Of a stretch of DNA of 64,000 bases, positions 41,734 to 60,282 are shown in pieces (position 1 is the first letter of the stretch; each line of letters begins with the position of its first letter). The stretch is from Eledone cirrhosa. Lineage: Eukaryota. The stretch is taken from contig OZ024741.1 in assembly GCA_964016885.1 (NCBI GenBank), positions 267,964,001 to 268,028,000 on the forward strand, given 5' to 3'. The position numbers were made by a program, and so were the translations under genes. The notes beneath the pieces are model-generated. The model worked only from the letters and a program-made list of their open reading frames with translations. It was not told the origin of the DNA and did no database searches.

Positions 41734-42132
41734 TGTGTGTGTACAAGCATACACATACACACACACATATATATACACACATACATACATTCACACAAAC
41801 ATACAACGTACATACATACACATACATGAATGCACTCCACTACATATTCACACACGCAAATAAATATAAGAAAAAAATAAATATAAGAAAAAAATATATA
41901 AATATATATTAACAAATTTTTGACAGCGATACATGCCCCAGCTAACAGGACAGACACGCGTGGTAAGTAATACACACAAAAGCACATATACATACGTACG
42001 AAATAGTAAACACATACACACACTCTCACACATAAATATACATATACAAATACATAAACACGTACATACACATACATACACAAACACGTACACGTATACA
42101 ATATAAACACACACATGTATATGTAATTATAT

Positions 42133-42177
<45 letters not shown>

Positions 42178-42625
42178 CAAAAATATAAAAATATAAACGC
42201 ACACACACATATAAATACGTAAACACACATATACATACATAGCTAAACGATTATACACATGCAAATACGTATATATCAAAAGAACGCACAACTAAATACA
42301 AACACACACACATACACACACACACCCACACACAAACCCACACATACATAAAAATAAATAAATACACACGCACACATATACATACATACACATACATATA
42401 CACATATATACATATACATATATACATATACATACACATATATATATACATATATATACATATACATATATATACACACATACACGTACACATACACACA
42501 TGCATACACATACACATACACATATACATGTGTGTATGTGTAAAGCTCAGTATTAGATAAGACAAATGAACCTTACATAAACGTATATATAGTAGTAAAG
42601 TAATAAAGCCATACAAGGCAATTAA

Positions 42626-42684
42626 TCCATTCACCAGAGGTTTCTTAAAAGCAAAAAAAGTTTCCTTCAATCTTCAGAATGAAA
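42626..42684 (-). ncRNA. Diverged hammerhead copy, probably inactive (GUG triplet)
   Basis: TTTCATT-CTGAAGA-TTGAAGGAAACTTTTTTTGCTTTTAA-GAAAC-CTCTG-GTG-AATGGA. Confidence 0.6.
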
Positions 42685-42768
42685 AAAAGCCTGGTTTATC
42701 CACATATACATACATATACACACACAAATATACAATTATATACACGCATACAGACACGCACACACACA

Positions 42769-42994
<226 letters not shown>

Positions 42995-43430
42995 CATATA
43001 TATATATATATATACACAAATACATATATATATATATATACACACAAAAATACATACACATACACATAGGTATGTGAAGGGCAAAACAAAAAGAATATAT
43101 GGGGGGGGGGGCTAAGAGGAGGTAAAAATATAAGGGGAGGTAAGGGAGAAAAAAATTTTAAATATACAAGAGTACAGAAGGTAGAATCAGCAAAATAAAA
43201 ACCGTAGCAAAAGTAAAGAGCAGAGAAGGAGTTCAAGGCGGTTGATTTATCGTAGGAGTGTCAATCCAGTTACAGATCAGATGCGATTTCAGATGAGGAC
43301 AGCATCTGAAGATCTCAGTCTTTGAGTTAAGGCAAGCGGAAGTGGCTCTCAATCTCCCTTTTCCAGCCTCACTTTCATATAGATTGCATTTTTGTTTTTA
43401 GAATCCATATTCAATAAACAAACCAGGATT

Positions 43431-43490
43431 TTTCATTCTGAGGATTGAAAGCAAAACCTTTTGCTTTTAAGAAACCACTGGTAAATGGAA
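43431..43490 (+). ncRNA. Type I hammerhead ribozyme (minimal stem III)
   Basis: TTTCATT-CTGAGGA-TTGAAAGCAAAA-CC-TTTTGCTTTTAA-GAAAC-CACTG-GTA-AATGGAA. Stem I 7 bp, stem II ~11 bp, near-palindromic ACCAcTGGT, GUA; predicted cut after 43483. Confidence 0.82.
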
Positions 43491-44369
43491 TAATTGCCTT
43501 ATGTTGTTTATTACATAATAATAATAATTAAGCTCTGTTGCATACATAGAGCACTCTTTTTTCCTGGACTTTTCCGATGGAATTACTTCACATATATATA
43601 TATACTCAGATTTTGGTGTATATATATATTTATGCATATATAATTGGTGTGGGATGCTTAAAGCGTCATTATGCGGTATGCCGTTTGAGCACTCGATGCT
43701 CTTACAGAGTAGAGTATAATATCACATAAGAAACGGAGAATCAGTGGTGCGACGAATAAAATTTATTAGACATATTACAATCGTTTCTCTGGTGACCAGC
43801 TCGAGGCACGATCGATGCAATGATCAAACCTGACTCTGAAATCGCAAGATCCTCGGATTTGTCTCGATTCTACGAAGCAGAGTTTTTGGAAATAAGCTGT
43901 ACCCCAACATAGTTTATGTTCCTTGTCAGCTAGACATTAAAAGTTAAGTGGGCCATTAAAAGTTAAGTATGTTTGTTAAGAACATAGCACATACTCCTTT
44001 CATGATCATATTTCTCATGAAATATATTGGATGTGCTTCCATTTATTTTGAAAATAATCAAATATTTAAGAATATTTAGTAAAAGAACGTTTTCATTATG
44101 CTGGTGTTAAGATAACAAATTTTTTACATAAAATTATGATGGAAGATTTTAATTCAGAAATAAATGCATAAAATGGACAGTTTTATCAGAGAACCAGAGG
44201 TGGTTTTCTGATAGGTTAGTATTGAAAGATTTAAACCTACTGACTAGTGTACCAACAACTCAACTTAGCTACAAATTTCAATTGGCGTATATGTTTTCAA
44301 GGGAAAACAAAATTATATAGCAAAGTAAGGGAAAGGGAAGGGAGTTGCAGGCTCTACATCATGTTTAGG

Positions 44370-45060
44370 CAGTATATCTCAGCTGCGCCCTGTGGACAAA
44401 ATGATGAAGGCATTGTCATGAAGAATAGCCAGCAACACCTGCTGCATCAGTCACTCCACCTCGTGGGGCTTTTTCCTCAGTTAGGATGCACTTCTCCCAA
44501 TTTTATGGAGGAAAATGGTAGTTCAGGGACCAATGACAAGAGAGATTTCGATAGTGACCATCACAAAAAGGAAACAGTTAGTCAAGTCCCAATATTTGGC
44601 TATCATCCTCTCCTCCACATTAAAGACAGTTATGCATGGGTTTGTGGCCAAAGTGGCAAAGTTGGGGGCAGAGAATATGTTGCAGTATGTGGCATCACAG
44701 ATTAAAGATTTACTTCCCTCAAACAGAAAGAGGATTATCTAATCTGGATGCTCACTGTCACCACAGTCGAGGTCAGCAGACTCCAGTTGTGTAGGGTAAT
44801 CAACTGTGTCAAGGTTCCTTTTGATGAAGTTGTTCAAGGCAGCATATCAACGGAGTTGATCAGCCAGCATTGTGGCAATAATAGAACGGCTGTTGTCTGA
44901 ACTAATCAACATTGGCTTCACAATGACATTTGTGTGACTAACAGATGGGGAGGCTAAGGTGCTGATATGGGTGCACTCATCATCAAGAAAGGTACCAGTT
45001 AAGGAGGGCCCCTAGTTACAACTTTGCTCAACCAAAATTTCTGTTGACCTTGTTGCTATC
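44370..45060 (-). pseudogene. Old CRE-clade RLE remnant
   Basis: Minus strand KSLICDATYCNIFSAPNFATLATNP...EERMIAKYWDL...VTIEISLVIGP, homologous to 12365-12685 and 18900-19100. Confidence 0.65.
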
Positions 45061-45538
45061 ATAAACTTGACCTATTTTCCAGTATTGAATTCTATTGTCA
45101 ATACAACTCTCTCCACTCATTCCTTTCTATACACTTGCGATCTTTGAGTGGCCTAGGTTTACAATCAAACACAATAAAACTTACCTTTTACATACAAAGG
45201 AAATCTCTTTGTTATTAGAATTGACTAAATATCTTCTAGCTATTGCAAAACCTGACCTATCTCTTAATATCGATTCTTAACATGACTTTTTCATTTGGCT
45301 AAAGTGAAATTTTGTTGACTAGTTTTACATTTAGTATGAAATAATTATTAGCTTTGCTAACAAAATGGTGGTGAAGCAAAGCAAAGCAGGATGGGGTAGA
45401 GTGGAATGGAGTGACAAGGATTCTCAATGTGATCTCATGACTTGTTAGAAATAGCAGCCAAATCTTGCTCAAATCCTTTAAATAGGAAAGACACCAAGGA
45501 CAATGTAGTCATAGATATAAAAAAGGTGAATTAATAGT

Positions 45539-45666
<128 letters not shown>

Positions 45667-45952
45667 CATCATGAGATTTACACCTAGAAAATGCCCCTCC
45701 GAGGCACAAGTCCAGACAAGGTTGTTTGTGGAAGACCAGCAGTCACCCATGCATACCAGTCTCCCCTCTCCACACCATTGATGTTGTCCAAGGGAAAGGC
45801 AATGGCATGGCACCAATGACGTCGCAACTCATCTCTATAGCTGAGTGTACTGGAGCAACGTGAAATAGTCTTGCTCAAGAACACAACGTATTACCCAGTC
45901 TGAGAATCGAACTCACAACCTCGTGATTCTAAGCCCGACGCTCTAACCACTC
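45667..45952 (-). mobile_element. tRNA-derived SINE
   Basis: Minus strand GAGTGGTTAGAGCG...GAGTTCGATTCTC...GTTCTTGAGCAAGAC...CACGTTGCTCCAGTACACTCAGCT. Confidence 0.8.
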
Positions 45953-46598
45953 TATATATACTCACACATACACAGACGCTATTATTTTTCAACAAGTTGT
46001 CTAGTTTTTCTCATCTGGTTTAATCCAAATTTTTCTATTCTGTATGGTTGGGGGAAAAAAAAAAAACGATTTTTTTTTTTTTCCCATCTTTTTTAGACTT
46101 TCTTTTACAACTTTCTTGTAAACTCCATTGCATGCAACTGTGTGTATGTTTGTGTGAGCATGTGTATATGAGTATGTGTATATGAGTATATGTATATGTC
46201 TGTCTGTATAAGTGTGTGTGTGCATGTCTGTGTATGTACATGCCTATGTGTATATGCATGTGCCTGTATGTGCCTGTGTGTGCATATGCCTGTGTGTATG
46301 TTTTGAGTTGTGAAGACATACTCCTGTTTTTGCTTATGCATATTATCTTGTTTAAAAAGAAAATGACTTGATCATTTTAATTCATATTTTTTTCATATAG
46401 CAAACCTTATCTGAACTGCTGGATCTACACATAGTGAATAAGTCTTTCCTCCTCTCTTGTCATCTCCTTCTTTCTTTCCTTCTTTATTGTCACTCTCTTT
46501 CACTTCTCTTCTGTCCCTCTCCCTCTCTATCTGTCCTGCCACTGCCTTTATCTTACTCTCTATGTCACCCTGTCATATCCTCTACTCCACCCCACACC

Positions 46599-46941
<343 letters not shown>

Positions 46942-48208
46942 CACCCTCTCACATTCTCTACCCTTTCATGTCCTCTTTCTTTCTCTCTCTCTCTCCTCTC
47001 TGCAATTCTTGCCTGGTCCATCCATCAAATTATCCATCCAGCCATGCATGTATCTGTATGTATGTGCATGCGCACATGTGTGTATGCGCGCGCATGTATG
47101 TGTGTATGTATGTATGTATGTGTGTATGTATGTATGTATGTGTGTATGTATGTATGTATGTGTGTATGCATGTCCCAAGAAAGATGTTCTTTAAATAGTA
47201 GTTCCACTGTTTGCCATATTCAAATACATTTGCAATCACCTTTCATATATATTAGTCACTGGCACCAAATTATTGATTTCTGCATCCCAATAACACCACT
47301 TATTTAATAATTCTCTGCTGTAATCACACACACACTCGCTCACACACACATGCACACACATTTACATACACACACATTTACATACACACACACACACATG
47401 CACGCACACATACTCACATGCACACACACTCTGACACATATGCACACACAACACACATGCTGATACCAATGATAACAACAACAGCATCATCAAAGATAAC
47501 AATATCTATAAAATGATCATAATGACAACAACAACAAGGACAACAATATAACATTGATGATCACAACAACAATAGCTGGTTACAGATAACAACAACAACA
47601 ACAACAATATGGAGAATCATATGTTTGTATTAAATCTTTTGTAGATCACCTCCAAAAAAAAGAAGAAAAAAAACCTGCTGCACTTTTAACTACATTTATT
47701 TGTATTCTGATGTCTGTATGTCTGTCTGTCTTTGTTTTTCCTCTACACCCTCCACCCCTCCTCACGCTCCCTCTCCCTCTCTCTCGCTCTCTCTCTCATC
47801 TTTTTTTCTCTCTCCCTCTTTCCTCGACTTTCTCGCTCTCTTACTTTCTTGCCAACTATCACTCTTTCTATTGCTTACTCACTCTCTCACTCTCATTTTT
47901 TCTACTAAAAAACTATCTTTGGCTTATCTCGCCTGTTGGTTGGTTGACTTGGCTTGCTTACTTGAGTATGTGTATTGTCTGAGAAGCTGGGTATTATTAT
48001 TTGATATACAGCATTGGATTAGCAGTATCAGTAGAGGGTCGGATGCTATGCTTTGCAGCACAGAGTTACGCCCCTTTATGATCTGAGTTCAAATCCCGCC
48101 AAGGATAAAGTACCAGTAATGCACTGCGTAATTGCTGGCCTTGTGCTAAAGTAGAAACAATTATTTGATATACAGAAAGAAAAGAGAAAAACCTTGTGTT
48201 TCTATGAA

Positions 48209-48255
<47 letters not shown>

Positions 48256-48712
48256 TACAGTGGCGGACTGAGTCTAAAAATATTAGTTGCCAGGAAATAA
48301 AGAGGGCCCGCCCACATATAGAATGCTATCATTTAATTTTTATAATGAATAAATAACATTTTCAAAATATACATAAGTGAAAACAAAACAGTGCTGTCAA
48401 ATTTTTGCAGAAAAAAATGTGTATTTTTTACTAATTAAAATGTATATATACTGTACATATTACTGGCAGTATACAGTAATACTAAATGTTAATACAGAAT
48501 GTTATAATTGAATTTTTAAATAATTGTTAAAGTATAAGTTTACTGTTATTTAGAGTAGAGTATGCAAGTGATTGTTGTTACCTTCTCCAATAAAAAATAT
48601 AAAAGTATCTTGCGAAATATACATATCCAGAGACCTTTGGTCTTTCTTATTCACTCAATATATATCTGGGAGTGTGTGTGTGTACATGTGCATGTGTATA
48701 TATAGATTTATA

Positions 48713-49310
48713 TGGTGGCTGCCAACTCGTTTTCGAGTACGGCTACTACTTTATATCCATGTAGGAGAACCCCTACCCATGCGCTGAACGAGTGTGACTT
48801 TTTAGTCCAGCCAGCGACTTGAAAACTGTGGTACAAACACTACATTTGTGACAATTAATGGCACATAGTGCTGGGCCCATTGTACCATGTGACAAGTGCA
48901 GAGAGATCTCCAGATATAAAGCAATGCCTGTGCCGTGAAGCTTTTATAGTGTGCAAAGGCACTGCACAAAGCCAGTCCCACTCTCTTAACCAAGAGGATA
49001 TTTACCAAAAAGAAGAACAAGTCAACATCATTGGATACCATCAGGGTTGCAGGTGTTATATCAGAGTTTTCCTTCTCTTAGAATTCTGCCTTGACAAAGG
49101 CTAAGGGGTCATCTCTCCTGGTGATTTTGGATGGCCATTGACTCTTAAGAGCTCCTTTGCTCTTTGACAGGTTTTGTTTTTAGTCCTGCAGGATGTCCAA
49201 AGTCACCCTCCTCACCAAGAAACCTTGGTGGGGTTGCCAGTTTAGTCGCCAACGACCCAACCATGAGACAGGTTGTACTGGGATACATGTTACCAGTAGC
49301 ACCAACTGGT
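48713..49310 (-). mobile_element. Bipartite non-autonomous RTE-derived element, copy 1
   Basis: Reverse-complement homologue of 57668-58268. Confidence 0.75.
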
Positions 49311-50021
49311 GACCTGACATAGATTTATATATATGTATACATACGTTTTCAACTTGTTCAAAAATTATTTGGTGACTCATTCTCCCTAGGGACTTTAGAC
49401 TGAAGAACTGACCACTAATGTTTTTAACCCATTGATGTCAAACATTATTTGGCCAGTAGCTCATGTGTATGTGTAAGTATATATATATATCATCATCATC
49501 ATTATCATTTAACGCCCATCTTCCACACTAGCATGGGTTAGGACGGGTTTGTCCCACTTGAGGCAAGATTGGTCGGGTAACTGTGTCTCACTTGTATAGA
49601 ACTGTCTCTGGCTGGTTTTCTATGGCTGGATGCCCTTCCTAATGCCATATATATATATATGTGCGTGTGTGTCCATGTATGCATGAATGAATTCAGTAAT
49701 CTATAAATTCAGACAACCAGTGATTCCAACTGTTAGCACTATTATATATTTCGGTTTCTATTAATTCCCTAGGGAATTGTTTGACCAAATGCTTTGCTTA
49801 TTTGTTTATTCATTTTTAAAAAAATGTTATTCTTTCTCTAAGACTTTTTTTAAAAGATATTTTTGTGAAAGCAAAGCATTGGCCCCTAAAATACTACAGT
49901 ACCCCCCCCCCCCTGGCTCACTTGCCATTAGGCAACATGGCAACCTGGCCAGTCTGCCACTGAATATATATTCAGTGGCAGACTGGATTCTGTCGATCAA
50001 TTGGTTATTGATTAGGCGATA

Positions 50022-50132
50022 CCCGCTGATGAAACCACATACGCTGATTATGCATTGTTGCATAATATATGCAGACGGAGGAGGCAGTGCAGCCTACTGC
50101 TGCATTAAGTGTGGCCAAAACTTGAGTCCGGG
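50022..50132 (+). ncRNA. Decayed type I hammerhead with extended, branched stem II
   Basis: CCCG-CTGATGA-AACCACAT...GTGTGGCC-AAAAC-TTGA-GTC-CGGG; stem I CCCG/CGGG, stem II CCACAT/GTGTGG, GUC triplet. Confidence 0.62.
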
Positions 50133-51037
50133 AACTATTATAGGCCCCTGTTTTACGTGTGTTGTGTTGAAGAGAATAACTATGTGTATACTCTGGGAAT
50201 GTATCTTACATTGCCTATTGAGTACGCTGAGATACAATCGGTCCTGGCATTGATAAATATGCTGAGTCCATCAACTCCTTATTGTATATATATACATATA
50301 TATGCATGTGTGCGTGTCTATACATATATGTGTGTGTGTGTGTGTGCAAGTGTATATGTAAAAATGTGTGTGTGTGTACCTATGTGTCTATATTATCACC
50401 ATCATTTTATGGCTGTGTTGGTAAGGAGTTTGCTTTGGAACCATGTGTTTTCAGTTCAATCATATACCAACTCCCAGTCTCCCTTTCCTCACCCCTGATC
50501 ACCTCTTTTGTCCAACCCATTGCATACAAGCATAGGAAGCTGGAGACAAGTCACATTTGCTCCCTCACAGTGCTGTAGCTACGACAAAAAAATAAAATCA
50601 CTAAGTTCATCCTGAATGGTGATTATGGTGCCACAACAACAAAAGCACCCAGTCCACCTTGTAAGGTGTTCGAGCTGGTGACACAATAAAAAGTGTCCAG
50701 TCCGCCCTGTATGGTGGTCATGCTGGTAACATTACATTTTCTGTAATCAGTATATTTGTGTGTGTGCGTGTATATATATACATGCTATAAAGATCCTTTT
50801 TTTATATATATACCAGGTGCGCTTTTCAAACCCCCTTTCTTTTATTATCATTTTCCTTGTATAGCAGGATCTGTATAGAATGTTTTTTAACGTCCACACT
50901 TTTTTTCACTATATATATATATATATAGTCTTTAATGCATTCGAAACATCAGTGATCCACAAAAGACAGCCAATGAGTGGGAATGGTCCTTGTGTTTATG
51001 TTTGTGTTGCTCTTACGTTTTCTATATATATATATGT

Positions 51038-51480
<443 letters not shown>

Positions 51481-51582
51481 ATGTATATATATAACCAAAA
51501 GTTTATATAGTTCGTTGATTATTCAACAAATTCAATTTTACAATAGATTAGAAGCACTCGACAAATATTTATCTGGAGTATC

Positions 51583-51958
51583 TATAATATTACTCAAAAT
51601 ATTAATAAATGAGAAATATCATAACCAAAGTATATATTTTATTATACATATTTCAAAGGTACAATGGTGTTTCAGTACGTTTTCATCAGATAAAATATAT
51701 AAGAGATTCTTCTCTAAGTTTATCATATTATTTGTGGTATATAAATGTTGAGGGTTTGTGAAATAACTTACCTCTACTACAGGAATTGATGATTCAAGTA
51801 CCTTAGCGGTATGTCACATATCCAATCTCTTATATATTTTATCTGATGAAAACGTACTGAAACACCATTGTACCTTTGAAATATGTATAATATGTATAAT
51901 AAAATATATACCTTGGTTATGATATTTCTCATTTATTAATATTTTGAATAATATTATA
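51583..51958. repeat. Inverted repeat, ~126-bp arms, ~115-bp spacer, HHR-core-like motif in each arm
   Basis: 51583-51708 matches the reverse complement of 51824-51958 (9-bp duplication in the right arm). Confidence 0.9.
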
Positions 51959-57667
<5,709 letters not shown>

Positions 57668-58268
57668 ACCAGTGCTACTGGTAATATGTATCCCAGTACA
57701 ACCTGTCTCATGGTCGGGTCGTTGGCGACTAAACTGGCAACCCCACCAAGGTTTCTTGGTGAGGCTGGTGACTTTGGACATCCTGCAGCACTAAAAACAA
57801 AACCTGTCAAAAGGGCAAAGGAGCTCTTAAGAGTCAATGGCCATCCAAAATCACCAGGAGAGATGACCCCTTAGCCTTTGTCATGGCAGAATTCTAGGAG
57901 AAGGAAAACTCTGATATAACACCTGCAACCCTGATGGTATCCAATGATGTTGACTTGTTCTTCTTTTTGGTAAATATCCTCTTGGTTAAGAGAGTGGGAC
58001 TGGCTTTGTGCAGTGCCTTTGCTCACTAGAAAAGCTTCACGGCACAGGCATTGCTTTATATCTGGAGATCTCTCTGCACTTGTCATCACAGGGTACAATG
58101 GGCCCAGCACTATGTGTCAGTAATTGTCACAAGTGTCGTGTTTGTACCAGAGTTTTCAAGTCGCTGGCTGGACTAAAATTTTACACTCGTTCTTCAGCGC
58201 ATCAGTATGGGTTCTCCTACATGGATATAAAGTAGTGGCCATACTCGAAAACGAGTTGGCAGCCACCA
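57668..58268 (+). mobile_element. Bipartite non-autonomous RTE-derived element (5' UTR-like part + ORF C-terminus/3' tail), copy 2
   Basis: CTAGGAGAAGGAAAACTCTGA (RTE 5' UTR-type motif); [23 protein letters not shown] (C2H2-like RTE C-terminus); terminal hairpin CTCG-AAAA-CGAG. Confidence 0.7.
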
Positions 58269-58322
58269 AATGTGTGTATATGTATATATATATATGTGTA
58301 TATATGTATATATATATATGTG

Positions 58323-58355
<33 letters not shown>

Positions 58356-58418
58356 ATGTGTGTGTACGTGTGTGTGTGTATATATATATGTGTGTGTATG
58401 TATATAAATATATGCGTG

Positions 58419-58450
<32 letters not shown>

Positions 58451-58456
58451 AGTGTA

Positions 58457-58502
<46 letters not shown>

Positions 58503-58587
58503 TAAGTTATTCCGGGTTGAATCGGAGGTAACCACAGTAAGTAAGGTACTCAATACATAGCAGAGTATAAAAGTTTTAATATGGAAG

Positions 58588-58638
58588 AGCTTCTACAGGA
58601 CTAGAACTGTTTCATTCATGAGAAATCATCAGGAAGCT
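58588..58638 (-). ncRNA. Type I hammerhead ribozyme with complete stem-loop III, in a Penelope-like pLTR remnant (~58501-58860)
   Basis: Minus strand AGCTTC-CTGATGA-T-TTC-TCAT-GAA-T-GAA-ACAG-TTCTAGTC-CTGT-A-GAAGCT. Stem I 6 bp, stem III 4 bp, GUA; predicted cut between 58594 and 58593. Confidence 0.85.
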
Positions 58639-58920
58639 GAATGTCCAAGTAAATATGGTGGTATTTATATCTTTTCTGGTGGTAGGAGAGGATGGGGGAG
58701 TGGGATGGGTGGAGATCGTTGGTTGAAAGAAAAGGGAATTCTTTAAAAGCTAATTCTTTAAAGCTTTACATAGAGTGACAAAGGCAGAAAGAATTCTATA
58801 AACAAGTTCAAATTTGGGGTGCCTCTCCTTATTATCAAGTTTCTCTTAAGCTATATTTCAGGTGTCTACAAGCACATTCACACACACACACACACACAGA
58901 TAAATGTATATATATATATA

Positions 58921-59515
58921 TCATCATCATCATCGTTTAACATCCATCTTCCACGCTAGTATGGGTTAGACAGGAGTTGTCCCACTTGAGGCAAGGTTGG
59001 TCGGGTGACCGTGTCTCGCTCATATAGGACTATCTGGCAGGTTTTCTACGGTTGGATACTCTTCCTAACACAAACCATATTTACAGTGTGGAACTGGGAA
59101 CTTTTTACCGTGTTACCCTACATGGCCACATTACAGCGTGGACTTGTGTTTTTTTTTTTGTTTTTTTTTTGTGACACCTACACGATCTCGATCTCATTAT
59201 CTCATTTATTTGGACTGGATGTTGTGGTACCAACTTTACAGAGAGAGGGTTGTATTCGTGGGAGTGGGAGGATAGGGTAGGGGTAGTGGATTGGGGTGTA
59301 TATTTGGTTAGGAGGTGCCTACTGACTGTAGGTTTCACTTTGTACATAGGCAAGGCGGGTCTTCTGTATTACTGTGTAGTGCCAAAGATCTCGGTCCAGT
59401 GACATTGTCTTAGAGAGGTGCAAGTGTGTAAGGTCGGAATTTATCAGATCGTCCCAGGTTTTGCTGGGTCTACCTACTCCGTAACTACCATCAATTTTGA
59501 TCGCCCTGCACTTTT
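58921..59515 (-). mobile_element. RTE family A 3' end
   Basis: KCRAIKIDGSYGVGRPSKTWDDLINSDLTHLHLSKTMSLDRDLW + long UTR + (GAT)n; homologous to 30975-31630. Confidence 0.85.
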
Positions 59516-59785
59516 TTATATATATATATATATACATATATACACACACACACACCCACACATATATATATATACATATATATATATACACACATACATA
59601 TATATATACACATACACAAACACACACATATATACATATATATACACACATACATATACATATATATATATATATTAAAAAATTTGTTACTCCCACACAC
59701 CTGCAAAAAACCACACTCTTATACCCATATATGTATACACACACACACACATATATATATATACACATATACATATATATATATA

Positions 59786-60155
59786 TACTAGCGTTGCTCG
59801 GATATTAAATTGTGTATACCATTTATGTCAATACTTCAGTGCTGCTTCGAAAACTATACTTTTACAAAATCATCGGCTTTTTCCAAAAGGGGGTTCCTGC
59901 CCCCAGGGGTCCCCTACCCAATATGTGCCAATTCTGAGAGTTCACATTCATCTGTAGGACAAACGTAGCCCATGTATCAAGTTTTGTGAAAATCGGTTGC
60001 GAACTCCAGAAGTTATGACGTTTTGTTGCATTGCACTGCAATGCTTCAGTCGACTCCAAGGAAGTGGTTAAAGTGGTTATCTGCCGGGAGCCCTATAATC
60101 AATATCTGGAAAAATGACAGTGCCCATGACCATCCGGAGTACATAAGTAACCTAT
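59786..60155 (+). mobile_element. Possible non-autonomous Helitron/Helentron-type (DINE/HINE-like) fragment
   Basis: Starts TACTAGCGTTGCTCGG in a TA context; contains CATGTATCAAGTTTTGTGAAAATCGGTTG, a motif reminiscent of such elements (from recall only). Confidence 0.4.
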
Positions 60156-60282
60156 CACACACATATACACACATACATATATATATATACACACATGCAC
60201 AAGTAAAAACACACATACACACATATATATATCCAAATATATACTTATATACACACACATATACATATACATACACACACAC

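Noticed and set aside
43760-43940. Minus-strand GAAAC-GATT-GTA (and GAAAC-ATGC-GTC at ~40455-40470) as hammerhead 3' halves
   Set aside because: No matching CUGANGA with a pairing stem I was found; probably pLTR remnants but not callable
44247-44705. 152-aa plus-strand ORF
   Set aside because: Antisense to a decayed CRE remnant; no motif support
48868-49104. 78-aa ORF conserved in both inverted 600-bp copies
   Set aside because: GTG start, antisense to the inferred element orientation; conservation is explained by recent copying
57668-57745. HDV-like ribozyme at the 5' end of the bipartite RTE element
   Set aside because: Hairpins and a CTAA motif exist, but I could not build P1/P1.1/P3 by eye
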